Assembly: GCA_038251135.1 (NCBI GenBank)
Contig: JBBSBR010000001.1
Span: 512-64,511, forward strand
Length of the DNA stretch: 64,000 nt
Direction of reading: 5' to 3'
From: Candidatus Saccharimonadia bacterium
GTDB lineage: Bacteria; Patescibacteriota; Saccharimonadia; UBA4664
A model generated the notes under the pieces. That model was not told the origin of the DNA. It did no database searches and worked only from the letters and a program-made list of their open reading frames with translations. Made by a program: the position numbers and the translations under genes. How positions within the stretch are numbered: position 1 is the stretch's first letter; each line of letters starts with the position of its first letter. Positions 29,161 through 39,101 of the stretch are shown piece by piece.

Positions 29161-29607
29161 CTAAAAGTCGTTTAATTCCAGCCGCTCCACGCCGTTTTGT
29201 TCGAGCTCGCGGCGATAGCGTTCCTCAATCGGGCGCAGCTCCAATAGATCTTCTTCGCGATCTATCTGCTCGATACCCACGCTGCGGTCGCGCGCCAAAT
29301 CGCGCTGAGCCAAACGCTCGGTTAATTCGTCCCAAAAAACATGGTCCTCATAATCAAGAATGTACTGGTCATAGAGCTTGTCGGTCCAGTCCGAATCCAG
29401 GTAGTAACGCCCCGTTTCGGCGTCGCGGTCGATCCCCTTGCCCGGCATCATTCCGAGCAGGGCCTGAATAGCCTCGCCGGCCGCCTCGTCCTGATGATCG
29501 GCGTCGTGCTGGGCGTTGACAACCCACTCGCCCAGATAGGCGAGTTCGACCAGTTTGCGGTATTCAGCGGCCGTTATTTGAAATGTGTATAGATTGTCGT
29601 CTGCCAT
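29161..29607 (-). CDS. Conserved-looking acidic hypothetical protein
   Basis: EYRKLVELAYLGEWVVNA..FWDELTERLAQRD; TACAAT 9 nt upstream of ATG. Confidence 0.75.
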   Translation of the reverse strand: MADDNLYTFQITAAEYRKLVELAYLGEWVVNAQHDADHQDEAAGEAIQALLGMMPGKGIDRDAETGRYYLDSDWTDKLYDQYILDYEDHVFWDELTERLAQRDLARDRSVGIEQIDREEDLLELRPIEERYRRELEQNGVERLELNDF

Positions 29608-29655
29608 AAGTGTCTCATTGTAGCGCAAAAGTTCTCCGGGGGCGAGCGTGAGAAA

Positions 29656-30414
29656 TTAGTCGGCCCGTTCGGCGGCGGCAACAATTTTCAGAAAATCGAT
29701 ATCCACCAGACTTGCTCCGCCGACTAGGAGGCCGTCAACGCCCTCAACCGACAGATAACTTGCCGCGTTATCGGGGTTAACGCTCCCGCCATAAAGCACC
29801 TTTATACCGGCTCCGCCCTCCTCGCCGTACAAGTCCTCGACGCATCCGCGGATTGCGCGAACCATCGGGGAAACTTGGTCAGGGACCGCAAATTCACCCG
29901 TGCCGATCGCCCAAACGGGCTCATAGGCGATGACGATCTTGGCGACGTCGGCTGCAGTCAGATCATGCAGGTCGGATGTTAGCTGGTCGATGACGACCTT
30001 GGCCGACAGATTATGATGGCGCTCGTCGAGTGATTCGCCGACGCAGAGGATCGGAATCAGGTCGTTGCGCAGGGCCGCGGCGATTTTCTTGGCAATCAAC
30101 TTATCGTACTCTCCCATGGCTCGCCGCTCCGAGTGGCCGATAATGGCATATTTGGCTAAACCTTTAAGCATCGGCGCTGAAATCTCTCCCGTGTAGGCAC
30201 CCTCATCCATAAAGTAAATGTTTTGGGCCCCAACTCCCAAGTGCTTGCCGGCGAGAGCTTGATGAACCGGATATAACGAGATCGATGGCGGACAGATCAC
30301 CACCGTTGTACGCCCAACCTTGGGCAGCTTCGATTCCAAGCGCTTTGCGTACTTGGCCGCCGCTTCGGGGCCATAGTTCATCTTCCAGTTTCCGACGATC
30401 AATTTGTCTGCCAT
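29656..30414 (-). CDS. tpiA: Triosephosphate isomerase
   Basis: GNWKMN, GHSERR, AYEPVWAIGTG, LYGGSV, LVGGASL. Confidence 0.98.
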   Translation of the reverse strand: MADKLIVGNWKMNYGPEAAAKYAKRLESKLPKVGRTTVVICPPSISLYPVHQALAGKHLGVGAQNIYFMDEGAYTGEISAPMLKGLAKYAIIGHSERRAMGEYDKLIAKKIAAALRNDLIPILCVGESLDERHHNLSAKVVIDQLTSDLHDLTAADVAKIVIAYEPVWAIGTGEFAVPDQVSPMVRAIRGCVEDLYGEEGGAGIKVLYGGSVNPDNAASYLSVEGVDGLLVGGASLVDIDFLKIVAAAERAD

Positions 30415-30466
30415 AAACACCTCTTCTTATATCTCATTCTACTGCAATAAATGTAACGATGGCCAA

Positions 30467-31663
30467 CTACTTATCGAGCAGCGCGTCGACACCGGGCAAC
30501 GACTTGCCGCTCATGAGCTCTAGGCTCGCTCCGCCACCGGTGGAGACCCAAGTAAATTTCTGGTGCAGCTGGTGTTCGTCGACGTACGAAGCGGTATCCC
30601 CGCCGCCCACGATGGTCGTTCCCTTAACGGACGCAATCATTTCGGCCATAGCCCGCGTGCCTTCGCTAAATTCTTTGACTTCGGTGATTCCCAACGGGCC
30701 GTTCCAGATGACGGTCGCTGTTCCGTTGAAATCCAGGAATTCGTAAATTGCCCGGCGGAGGCGCTCGGCGTAGGCCGGGGTAGCATCTACGATGTATTCG
30801 TCCGGCAAAACGGCATCAAGAGTCGTAGTGCGTACGCCGTCCGGCTCCTTAACGCTTTTCGATACAAGAACTTCTTCCGGCAAAAAGATCTCGGTATTCT
30901 CGACCTTGGCGAGTTCAATGAGGCGCTTCACCGTCTCGACCATATCCGGCTCGGCAATACTCTGGCCGATCTCGTTGCCCAGCGCGAGCGAGAAAGTGTT
31001 AGCGATCGGACCCGTCAAAAACAGGGCGTCGACCTTGGGAATAAAGTTCTCCAAAATTGGAATCTTGGTCGAAACCTTGGCACCGCCAAGCACCGCCACG
31101 AGCGGCCGGTCGGGCGTCTCGAGGGCGCCCGTGATGTAATTTACTTCTTTTTCGACCAGAAAACCTTCGAGTCCCGGAAGAAAGGCCGGCACTCCGGAAA
31201 CTGACGCTTGCCGGCGGTGATCGACGGCAAACGAATCGTTTACATAGATTTCTCCGAGCTTGGCCAATTTTTCGGCAAACTCCGGTGAAGCGTCAAGTTC
31301 TTCCTGATGAAAACGAACGTTTTCGAGCATCATGACTTCGCCCGGCTGCAAGGCGGCTGCGGCCGCTTCGACTTCGGATCCGACGCAATCGTCATAGAAT
31401 TTGATCTCGCGACCAAGCAACTCAGCCGCCCGTTCGGCGACCGGCTTGAGGCTGAATTGAGGATCCGGGGCGCCCTTGGGCTCGCCCATATGACTCATAA
31501 TGACAATTGAGCAACCATGGTCAAGTAAATAATTGAGGGTGTCCAGACTGGCATCGATACGGAAATTATCGGCCACCTGTCCGTCTTCCATCGGCATGTT
31601 ATAGTCGACACGAACAAGCACCCGCTTGCCCTGAACATCAAAATCGCGGATCGTCTTCTTCAT
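30467..31663 (-). CDS. pgk: Phosphoglycerate kinase
   Basis: RVDYNMP, LENVRF, GGAKVSTK, WNGPLG, STGGGASLE. Confidence 0.98.
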   Translation of the reverse strand: MKKTIRDFDVQGKRVLVRVDYNMPMEDGQVADNFRIDASLDTLNYLLDHGCSIVIMSHMGEPKGAPDPQFSLKPVAERAAELLGREIKFYDDCVGSEVEAAAAALQPGEVMMLENVRFHQEELDASPEFAEKLAKLGEIYVNDSFAVDHRRQASVSGVPAFLPGLEGFLVEKEVNYITGALETPDRPLVAVLGGAKVSTKIPILENFIPKVDALFLTGPIANTFSLALGNEIGQSIAEPDMVETVKRLIELAKVENTEIFLPEEVLVSKSVKEPDGVRTTTLDAVLPDEYIVDATPAYAERLRRAIYEFLDFNGTATVIWNGPLGITEVKEFSEGTRAMAEMIASVKGTTIVGGGDTASYVDEHQLHQKFTWVSTGGGASLELMSGKSLPGVDALLDK

Positions 31664-31743
31664 CGGTTAAAAAGCCTCATTAAGCATCTGTCTTATCATA
31701 TAGGTAACAATGCCCCGCATAAAGCCCAAGGATGCTTCAGCGC

Positions 31744-33162
31744 CTAGGTAACGATCTTGATCTCGACCGTATCGGTGCCGCCCGTGACGCCAGGTTGGTG
31801 GCCGGACGCGACCACCAAGGCATCGCCAACCTTGACGCTGCCGGTAGATCGCAGCTCGCCCATTACGTACTCGGCCGCATCGCGCGGATGTTGGTGGTAG
31901 AAGGCTTTTCCGCCCCAGACGATAGCCATTTGATGGTAAACCCGCTGCTTGTCGGTCACAATCGCGATTGGAACCGACGGGCGCAGGCTGGCGATGTTTC
32001 GGGCGGTCTGTCCCGAGCTCGTCTCTGCAATAATTACCTTGGCCGGCATTTGGCGCGCCAATACTACCGCTGCAGCCGAGATCGCATTCTCGCGTTCCTT
32101 GCTGCCGTAATCGTCAAATTTCTGCTCACTCAGTTTATGGACTTCTTCACGCTCGGTATAAAGAATCACCCGCTTCATCATCTTGACGGTTTCGACCGGA
32201 AAAAGTCCCATGGCCGTTTCGCCGCTGAGCATCACCGCATCGGAGCCCTCGAGGACAGCGGTAGCAACGTCGCTCACCTCGGCGCGGGTCGGCGAAGGAC
32301 TCTGGATCATACTCTCGAGCATCTGAGTCGCCACGATTACCGGCTTCTTGTAAGCCCTGGCCAGCTCGATCATGCGCCGTTGAACGGCCGGGACGGCTTC
32401 GGGCAACGTCTCGATCGCCAAGTCCCCGCGTGCCACCATAAGCGCATCAGTAGCCTCCACGATTGCATCGAGGTTCTCCACGGCGGCCTTGGTCTCGATC
32501 TTGGCAATCACCTTAAGATCGCTGCCTAGTTCCCGCAGTCGAATTCTTAGATTCTGGATGTCGCGGGCAGTCTGCACGAATGACAAGGCGATATAGTCGC
32601 AGTCGTTCGCTGCGGCAAACTTAATGTCAGCCAGATCTTTGTCGGTCAGAATGTCGCCGCCGAGGTCGGTGTCGGGCAGATTCATGCCTTGATTCGAGAA
32701 TAGCAAACCGGGTGCAACTACCCGACCCGTGATTAGACGTTTCTCGATCTTTTCAACCTCGACTTCGATCTGCCCGTCGCGCAAAAATATCCGCTCGCCC
32801 GGCTTCACGTGCATGCTCACATCGTGCTGGACCGGAATCACGCCGGCCTTGTCGAAATCGGCGTCATATTCAAAGTGCACTATGTGACTGCGAACAAACG
32901 GCAGGCCATCGTTCGGTAATACACCAACTCTAATCTTCGGACCCTGCAGATCGGCAATGATAGCAATTGGACGCTCGAGTTTGGCACTGATGCTGCGGGC
33001 GGCCACGATCACCTGGGCGTGCTGCTCCAACGTACCGTGCGATAAGTTGAGGCGAAAACTATTGGTGCCGGCCAACATCAGCTCCTCCATAACCTTGGGG
33101 CTGCGGGATGACGGACCAATAGTGGCCACGATTTTAGTTCTTTTGAAGGAATCTGCGAGCAT
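31744..33162 (-). CDS. pyk: Pyruvate kinase
   Basis: RTKIVATIGP, DLQGPKIR, MVARGDL, ATQMLESM, MLSGETA. Confidence 0.98.
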   Translation of the reverse strand: MLADSFKRTKIVATIGPSSRSPKVMEELMLAGTNSFRLNLSHGTLEQHAQVIVAARSISAKLERPIAIIADLQGPKIRVGVLPNDGLPFVRSHIVHFEYDADFDKAGVIPVQHDVSMHVKPGERIFLRDGQIEVEVEKIEKRLITGRVVAPGLLFSNQGMNLPDTDLGGDILTDKDLADIKFAAANDCDYIALSFVQTARDIQNLRIRLRELGSDLKVIAKIETKAAVENLDAIVEATDALMVARGDLAIETLPEAVPAVQRRMIELARAYKKPVIVATQMLESMIQSPSPTRAEVSDVATAVLEGSDAVMLSGETAMGLFPVETVKMMKRVILYTEREEVHKLSEQKFDDYGSKERENAISAAAVVLARQMPAKVIIAETSSGQTARNIASLRPSVPIAIVTDKQRVYHQMAIVWGGKAFYHQHPRDAAEYVMGELRSTGSVKVGDALVVASGHQPGVTGGTDTVEIKIVT

Positions 33163-33261
33163 TCTCACCTCTATTTACACAAACAAAATAATACCTATAT
33201 GAACCCACTCTACTCCAGCCCCCTCGGTTCTGCTAGGTTTAAGCACAAGAATATTACAAAA

Positions 33262-33288
33262 GTTACACCCCGGCGGCCGGGGTGTAAC
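33262..33288. terminator. Hairpin, likely terminator for the 33313..33504 gene
   Basis: GTTACACCCCGG-cgg-CCGGGGTGTAAC; T-run follows on the minus strand. Confidence 0.65.
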
Positions 33289-33312
33289 GCGAGCAATTCT
33301 TAGGATTGGTCA

Positions 33313-33504
33313 TTAATACGTCGAAAGATATACCCTCGACGGAACGATTTGATACGAGCGGACATAGACGAATTTATGAATCTTGCGGCGATGGCGCTTA
33401 TAGGCGGACTCGGCCCGGCGCCACTGACGGCGCAGTTGAGCTGAGTGGCGATCAGTGATTGGCGCCCCGTCGTCTTCGATCATCAGTTTGTAACTTTGGC
33501 TCAT
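33313..33504 (-). CDS. Small basic hypothetical protein
   Basis: GAGGG SD, downstream hairpin, 63 aa Arg-rich. Confidence 0.45.
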   Translation of the reverse strand: MSQSYKLMIEDDGAPITDRHSAQLRRQWRRAESAYKRHRRKIHKFVYVRSYQIVPSRVYLSTY

Positions 33505-33624
33505 AATTTATCGGCCCTCGGTTATGTACTATTCACCCCGTTGATTGCGAGTGTACATACACCATAACGAGCCAACCTTAGAATTCGTTTAGGATTAGCT
33601 GTGAAAAAACTTACGATTCCAACG

Positions 33625-34416
33625 CTATAAGTCGCGTTTTCGAAAGCCGGTATACGTGAGCAGCGTGGTAACCGCTACGATAAAGATCGAGAACATAACG
33701 TAGGGGGTGCTGAGCGTATGATTACCTATGATCGACACGGCTGAAAAATAGGTAAACGGCGTCAGGATCGACAACCAATTCAATCGCTGTTCGATGTTGA
33801 TAATAACCGACAATAAATATGTTCCCAGTACGACCATCGAGGCGACGGTTACGGCCAGCTTGGGGCGGCTCCAATACGCGCCGATTGCCGAACCAATGCG
33901 CATAAATACCATCATGAGCAATATGTCGGCCAGCATCATGAGCCAAATCGTTTGCGCTACATCGGCGCCTTTGGCGTAAATTGCCATAACGGCAAATGAA
34001 CTTACGACCGTCACCAACCACAAAATGAATACCAACGTTAACGCCGCAAATAGCTTCGCTGAAACGATTTTATCGCGACTGACCGGCTTGGGTATGAGAA
34101 ATTCAGCCGTTTGGTCGCGCTCTTCTTTGGCGATGATATCGGCTCCGCGTATTGCCGCATAGACGCCGGCGGTCAGGATGATATAGAGGTACAGAGTTCC
34201 AAAATACCCGACCGGAGTGGCGATATCGAGTCCGTTAAAGCCAAATATCACTTGTACCGAATGTGGAAATTGCTCGACCAGATCAGTAATACTGGTCCCG
34301 GTCGTCTTGTAGGCAGCGTACTTGTTCATGCCGGCGAACAAGAGAAACAGCATGCCGACCGACCAGCCAATTAAGCCTTTGTAGTGGGATTTAAGTTCAT
34401 AAATATAAATGTTCAT
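33625..34416 (-). CDS. ABC-2 type exporter permease
   Basis: MNIYIYELK, KEERDQTAEFLIPKPVSR, TPFTYF; ATGA overlap with the upstream permease. Confidence 0.9.
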   Translation of the reverse strand: MNIYIYELKSHYKGLIGWSVGMLFLLFAGMNKYAAYKTTGTSITDLVEQFPHSVQVIFGFNGLDIATPVGYFGTLYLYIILTAGVYAAIRGADIIAKEERDQTAEFLIPKPVSRDKIVSAKLFAALTLVFILWLVTVVSSFAVMAIYAKGADVAQTIWLMMLADILLMMVFMRIGSAIGAYWSRPKLAVTVASMVVLGTYLLSVIINIEQRLNWLSILTPFTYFSAVSIIGNHTLSTPYVMFSIFIVAVTTLLTYTGFRKRDL

Positions 34417-35213
34417 GCGACCGCCCGAATGTCTTTCCGCGCTAGCAGCCAGTAGCCGCCCGCGATGGCCGATGCTACCACCACGAGCTCCAGCCCTATG
34501 TACTGCCACTCATACGAGCCATGCTGAATAATATACGCCGTGTCGTAATACTTAAACGGCGAAAGGAACCGCGCAGCCTGATTCCCCACCAAAGAATCAA
34601 GCAAGCCGACAATAAAGAAGATGAAGACCGCCGGTATGCTCACCGCTATGACCGAGCGGATCTTGGGAATCACCATTGAGACCGCCAGACCAATGCCGAG
34701 GAAGTAGAGTTGAGTGGCAAAGAGTATGCCCGAGAGTCTCACGAATACGGCGATGTTGAAACTCTCATGGCCGAAGAGTACGGCCGACGACAGCGTTACG
34801 ACCTGGAAAACGAGGTTGGTAATGACGATGATCGTGAGCGTGGCCAGCACCTTCTGCACATAGACGTTGCGGCGGGTTATAGGCTTGGTGAGAAGAAAAT
34901 CGACGGTCTTACCCGATACCTCCTTCGACATTATCCCCACGCCCAAATTCATGGCCTGCACGGCCCCGATGAACGTCAGGTCGATCAGTAATAATGAGTA
35001 GAAGCCGTTGAGGGTCAAAAAGGTTTCTGCTCGGATATTGAAAGCGGTGCGAACCGCCTCGGGGAGCTGTTCAATGATACCCTTGCTCACGGCAACGTCC
35101 TGCAAAAACGACACTAGCATGGTCAGAAACAGTACGGCGTAACCGCTCAGAGCAATTATCCACACGATGGTCGAGGTACGATAGCTCCTTAGTTCATGCC
35201 GATACAGATTCAT
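34413..35213 (-). CDS. ABC-2 type exporter permease
   Basis: MNLYRHEL, KEVSGKTVDFLLTKPITR, SPFKYY. Confidence 0.9.
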   Translation of the reverse strand: MNLYRHELRSYRTSTIVWIIALSGYAVLFLTMLVSFLQDVAVSKGIIEQLPEAVRTAFNIRAETFLTLNGFYSLLLIDLTFIGAVQAMNLGVGIMSKEVSGKTVDFLLTKPITRRNVYVQKVLATLTIIVITNLVFQVVTLSSAVLFGHESFNIAVFVRLSGILFATQLYFLGIGLAVSMVIPKIRSVIAVSIPAVFIFFIVGLLDSLVGNQAARFLSPFKYYDTAYIIQHGSYEWQYIGLELVVVASAIAGGYWLLARKDIRAVA

Positions 35214-35222
35214 GTTGGCCGC

Positions 35223-36110
35223 CTATTGGTAGTAATGCAAAAAGATCTCTTCCAGCTCGGGCTCTTCTACCCAGAGATTGCTGAGATTTAGCGACGCCAG
35301 CTCCTTGGTGATGTCGTTCACTTTGCCGCGGTAGAGAAAACTCACACTGGTTCCGTCGACTTCCATATCGCTGACTCCCGAGATTTTCTCGACATCCTTG
35401 GCGTTAAAATTCCCTGCCAGCTCCAGTTTGAAACGCTTGTAGTTGTGTTCCAGCAGATCGCTGATCTTCTCCACGCGAATGATTGTGCCGTCTTTTATGA
35501 TGGCTACCCGATCACAGAGCTTCTGGACCTCGCTCAGGATATGCGATGAAAACAATATGGTCGCCCCCTGCTTGTTCTCTTTGCGCAGTAAGTTAAAAAA
35601 CTTCTGCTGAATCAGCGGATCGAGGCCCCCGGTGGGTTCGTCGAGAATAATCAGTTTGGGCGAATGGGCCAAGCCTTGAATAATGCCGACTTTCTTCTTG
35701 TTGCCGTAGCTCAAGTCGTCGATCTTCTTACTGAGGTCGAGGTCGAGCAACTTGGCAAGTTCATGAATGCGCTCGAGGGCTTTGGCCTGATCAATGCTAT
35801 AAAAGCTCACCGAGTATTTAAGCAGGTCGATGGCGCGCATATTGTCGTAGTAGAAGACTTCGCTCGGCAGGTAGCCGATCTGCTCACGAATTTCAGGTCC
35901 CCGCGTGGCAATGTCTTTGCCAAAAATCGTGGCGCTGCCGCTGGTTGGGTAGATCAGATTCAAGAGCGTCCGAATAGTGGTTGACTTCCCTGCCCCATTC
36001 GGCCCGATGAAGCCAAATATCTCACCTTCTTCAACAGCCAAATCCACGTCCACGATGCCGCGCTCGTGACCGTAGCGTTTGGTTAGTTTCTTGGTTTCGA
36101 TTATCGGCAT
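35223..36110 (-). CDS. ABC transporter ATP-binding protein
   Basis: GPNGAGKST, LSYGNKKK, ILDEPTGGLDP, SSHIL; AGGAGG SD. Confidence 0.95.
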   Translation of the reverse strand: MPIIETKKLTKRYGHERGIVDVDLAVEEGEIFGFIGPNGAGKSTTIRTLLNLIYPTSGSATIFGKDIATRGPEIREQIGYLPSEVFYYDNMRAIDLLKYSVSFYSIDQAKALERIHELAKLLDLDLSKKIDDLSYGNKKKVGIIQGLAHSPKLIILDEPTGGLDPLIQQKFFNLLRKENKQGATILFSSHILSEVQKLCDRVAIIKDGTIIRVEKISDLLEHNYKRFKLELAGNFNAKDVEKISGVSDMEVDGTSVSFLYRGKVNDITKELASLNLSNLWVEEPELEEIFLHYYQ

Positions 36111-36208
36111 ACCGGTTTCCTCCTGGCTTGGCGTTAGCATAATTGTACACCCGCAACGCAAACTTAATAACGGCGGCACAGACCCTGACTTCGAAGATTC
36201 TGCGCTCC

Positions 36209-36739
36209 CTACCGGGCGCTGCGCTGCGCGCGTATCGCCGCCTCGATGGTATCCAGATCAAACTCCGCCATCATGAGCCGATAGAAGTCCCATAGAACCT
36301 TGGCGTCGTCATAGGCGCGGTGCCGCGCTTCGGTCTGCAGGTCGAATCGCTCAATTATATCGCTGAGCTTATGCCCGCGCACCGACGGATAGAGCCGACG
36401 CGACAAGCGGACGGTATCGAGAATCCGCGGGCGAAACGTAATCCCGATTTGATCGAATTCCATCTGCAGAAAGCCATAATCAAACGGCGCATTGTGTGCC
36501 ACGAAGACGGCCCCGTCGAGGAGCTCCAGCAGGTCGTCGGAGATTGACCGAAACGTGGGCGCACTGGTGACGTCGTCGTCGGTAATCCCCGTGAGCGCCG
36601 TAATCTGGCTCGGAATCCACGTACCCGGATCTACCAATTGGCTATACTCCCCCACCACTCGGTGATTCTCCACGCGTATCACACCCACCTCCAACAATCT
36701 GGAAGTCCGCGGTGTCCCGCCAGTGGTTTCGATGTCCAC
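36209..36739 (-). CDS. DnaQ-like DEDDh 3'-5' exonuclease (start uncertain)
   Basis: AFVDIETTG, VAHNAPFDYGFL, DTVRLSR, HRAYDDA. Confidence 0.9.
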   Translation of the reverse strand: MDIETTGGTPRTSRLLEVGVIRVENHRVVGEYSQLVDPGTWIPSQITALTGITDDDVTSAPTFRSISDDLLELLDGAVFVAHNAPFDYGFLQMEFDQIGITFRPRILDTVRLSRRLYPSVRGHKLSDIIERFDLQTEARHRAYDDAKVLWDFYRLMMAEFDLDTIEAAIRAQRSAR

Positions 36740-36861
36740 GAAAGCCAGAGGCTCACTGAGAATGTTGACCGATGCTGCGATAACGAATCCTTTGAATAAC
36801 CTCCCCCAATCATAGCAGTCTCGTTTACCGAACCGTTCCGGTTCGGTAACCCCGAATGCAA

Positions 36862-36906
36862 TACCAAGAAAAAGACCTCACGCTGCGTGAGGTCTTTTTC
36901 TTGGTA
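36862..36906 (-). terminator. tRNA-Glu terminator, perfect 22-1-22 inverted repeat
   Basis: TACCAAGAAAAAGACCTCACGC-T-GCGTGAGGTCTTTTTCTTGGTA. Confidence 0.85.
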
Positions 36907-36976
36907 GTCCCACGGGGAATCGAACCCCGGTTACCAGGATGAAAACCTGGCGTCCTAACCGTTAGACGATGGGACC
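36902..36976 (-). tRNA. tRNA-Glu(TTC) with encoded CCA
   Basis: GGTCCCATCGTCTAACGGTTAGGACGCCAGG-TTTTCAT-CCTGGTAACCGGGGTTCGATTCCCCGTGGGACTACCA. Confidence 0.97.
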
Positions 36977-37068
36977 GAGTTGTGAGCGAAATAGGAGAGG
37001 ACATTTATATCCTATCCCATTTACGAGCGACGATGGTTCTATACAAAGTATGGGACCGAGTTGTGAGC
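36969..37068. repeat. 19-bp direct repeat overlapping the tRNA 5' end
   Basis: ATGGGACCGAGTTGTGAGC at 36969-36987 and 37050-37068. Confidence 0.9.
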
Positions 37069-37089
37069 AAAGGGCGATTTAACCGTCAA

Positions 37090-37118
37090 ATAGTACCATT
37101 TATGCTCGATTTACTCAA
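37090..37118 (-). promoter_or_regulatory. Probable tRNA promoter
   Basis: TTGAGT-17-TACTAT with extended TG. Confidence 0.55.
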
Positions 37119-37234
37119 GTCAATAAGCCCCAACCGCAAGATTCAAAGGTTTACTAGCGGTCGATACTAACAGGACTCCCGACTCAGCGCCAGATGACGC
37201 TGACTTCTGTGCAGAACGTGCTAAGGTAATGGCT

Positions 37235-37771
37235 ATGAGTAATCAGTCCAAATCCTCGCTCGACAACGTCTTTCATATCAGCGTCTTCATAAAGGGCATC
37301 GACGGTCTCCTGGAAGTTGTTGGGGGCTTGACGCTGCTATTTGTGCCGCTCGCGAGCATCAAAGGACTGGGAGCCATAACCGTCCGTGAGCTCCAGCAGG
37401 ACAATCATGCCTTTATAGCTAATGCCGTAATCCAACTCAACTCGCACATCACGCCGAACATTGCTCTCATCAGCGCACTCTACCTCTTTGCCCACGGTAC
37501 GATTAAGCTCATCTTGGCTACCGCATTATTTAAGGACATGTATAAGCTCTATCCGTATGCCATAGCGTTACTAACGGCTTCTATCATCTATCAAACCTAT
37601 CGGATCGGGGTAGATCACTCGCTGGTACTTACGCTCCTGACCCTCTTTGACGTCTTCATCGTCGTCATGACTTACATCGAGTGGGAGCGCCATCCCGTGC
37701 GTCGTTCTAAATTGCGCTTACGTCCGGACGAAATTATACTAAAGGATAATGAAGGCGAAGAAAAAAACTAA
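37235..37771 (+). CDS. DUF2127-like membrane protein
   Basis: FHISVFIKGIDGLLEVVGG, YLFAHGTIK, YQTYRI, LTLFD..YIEW. Confidence 0.8.
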   Translation: MSNQSKSSLDNVFHISVFIKGIDGLLEVVGGLTLLFVPLASIKGLGAITVRELQQDNHAFIANAVIQLNSHITPNIALISALYLFAHGTIKLILATALFKDMYKLYPYAIALLTASIIYQTYRIGVDHSLVLTLLTLFDVFIVVMTYIEWERHPVRRSKLRLRPDEIILKDNEGEEKN

Positions 37772-38873
37772 GAAGTCCGCCAAAAAATCCCGGCGGCTCT
37801 CGATCAAGCTACTCGTAAGCGTCTGTGTGACGTTTGCGCTGTTTGGCGGCGGGCTGGCACTGGCGCTCGATCTGCCGATCGCCAGCGGTACGACCAATCA
37901 GATCGAGGGCATCCATTTTCCGTTGGCCATCGCGGCCGACTATCGCGATCTGTCGTATCAGATTGCAAAATTCGACGACCTGGAGGCTCAGACGCACGCG
38001 GAGATTGTCCGCGACGTCGATATCCAGAATGACCTGGCGCAGATTCAACTCGACGTTGCCGCCGGCAAATACGATCTGGCAAAAAAAGATCTTCATTCTC
38101 TCCGCGGTCAGTTGGCCATCTGGAATCAGCAGTTAAGCGCTTTTAGTTCGGCCTCGCCAAATCCCGTGCCGAAGACCATAAATTACGTCCAGCCAACCCC
38201 CGCCGTCGCCAAGGAGAGCCAATTTCTGCCGATTATTCTCTACCACCTGACGCCGGCCAACTTCGACGAGCAACTAACCTATCTCGATCAGCACGGATAC
38301 ACCAGCGTTAATTTCGCCCAAGTCACGGCCGCGCTCAACGGCGGTAAGGCCTTGCCCGCCAAGCCGGTCGTCATAACTTTCGACGACGGTTTCGCCGACC
38401 AGCTCAAAGCCTTCGATATCTTGAAACGCCACAATATGAAGGCCACGTTCTACATCATCAACGGCGGAGCTGCCAGCCGATGGTGTATCGGAGCCGGCCG
38501 CCGCGTGGGCGACCCGCTCCAGCCGCCGACCGGCTGCGGCGACAGCTACCTTAATTGGAATGAAGTTCGGATGCTCGACGCCAGCGGCCTCATCACCATC
38601 GGCGGCCACACGGTCGACCATCAGAATCTGGCGAGCGACACGCCCGAGCAGCAGCGGTTTGAGATTATGACGAGCAAAGTCGGTATCGAGCAACAACTAG
38701 GCCACCAGATCTTTGATTTCTGTTACCCGTACGGCAGCTACAATGCCGATACTCTGGCCATCGTCCGGGAGGCGGGTTACACGACCGCCGTAACCACCCT
38801 GCCCGGCACCTACCAGCCGGCGGGAGACCTGTTTACCCTGCGCCGGATTCGCGATACGTTGACGCTGCCGTAA
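37749..38873 (+). CDS. Membrane-anchored polysaccharide deacetylase (NodB/CE4)
   Basis: PIILYH, ITFDDG, GGHTVDH, FCYPYG. Confidence 0.93.
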   Translation: MKAKKKTKKSAKKSRRLSIKLLVSVCVTFALFGGGLALALDLPIASGTTNQIEGIHFPLAIAADYRDLSYQIAKFDDLEAQTHAEIVRDVDIQNDLAQIQLDVAAGKYDLAKKDLHSLRGQLAIWNQQLSAFSSASPNPVPKTINYVQPTPAVAKESQFLPIILYHLTPANFDEQLTYLDQHGYTSVNFAQVTAALNGGKALPAKPVVITFDDGFADQLKAFDILKRHNMKATFYIINGGAASRWCIGAGRRVGDPLQPPTGCGDSYLNWNEVRMLDASGLITIGGHTVDHQNLASDTPEQQRFEIMTSKVGIEQQLGHQIFDFCYPYGSYNADTLAIVREAGYTTAVTTLPGTYQPAGDLFTLRRIRDTLTLP

Positions 38874-38918
38874 CTCTCACATCGGAAGTCGAGTTTCTCC
38901 CAACCTACGAAAATATGC

Positions 38919-39101
38919 CTAATTTACGCCCAGATTAACCACGAACGCGTAGCCGGCCAGCAGAAATGAAAACAGCCAGACACCCCATCGGTAATTTTTG
39001 TACGGATTGTGAGTCAGCTTGTGGATATACTTCTCTATGATCGTCAGAACTGCATAGGTTACGACAAGAGTCGCGATGGCGGCCAAAGCCGCGTTAAGCA
39101 T
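38919..39101 (-). CDS. Small two-TM protein
   Basis: Two hydrophobic helices; start overlaps the receiver gene stop. Confidence 0.6.
   Translation of the reverse strand: MLNAALAAIATLVVTYAVLTIIEKYIHKLTHNPYKNYRWGVWLFSFLLAGYAFVVNLGVN

Noticed and set aside
11900-32529. Long plus-strand ORFs (11900..12799, 17582..18334, 19920..20765, 26628..27290, 30563..31204, 31732..32529)
   Set aside because: All are antisense to well-supported housekeeping genes and show no motifs; typical shadows in GC-rich coding DNA.
33313-36901. tRNA-integrated genomic island
   Set aside because: No integrase and no duplicated tRNA 3' end (att site) seen by eye.
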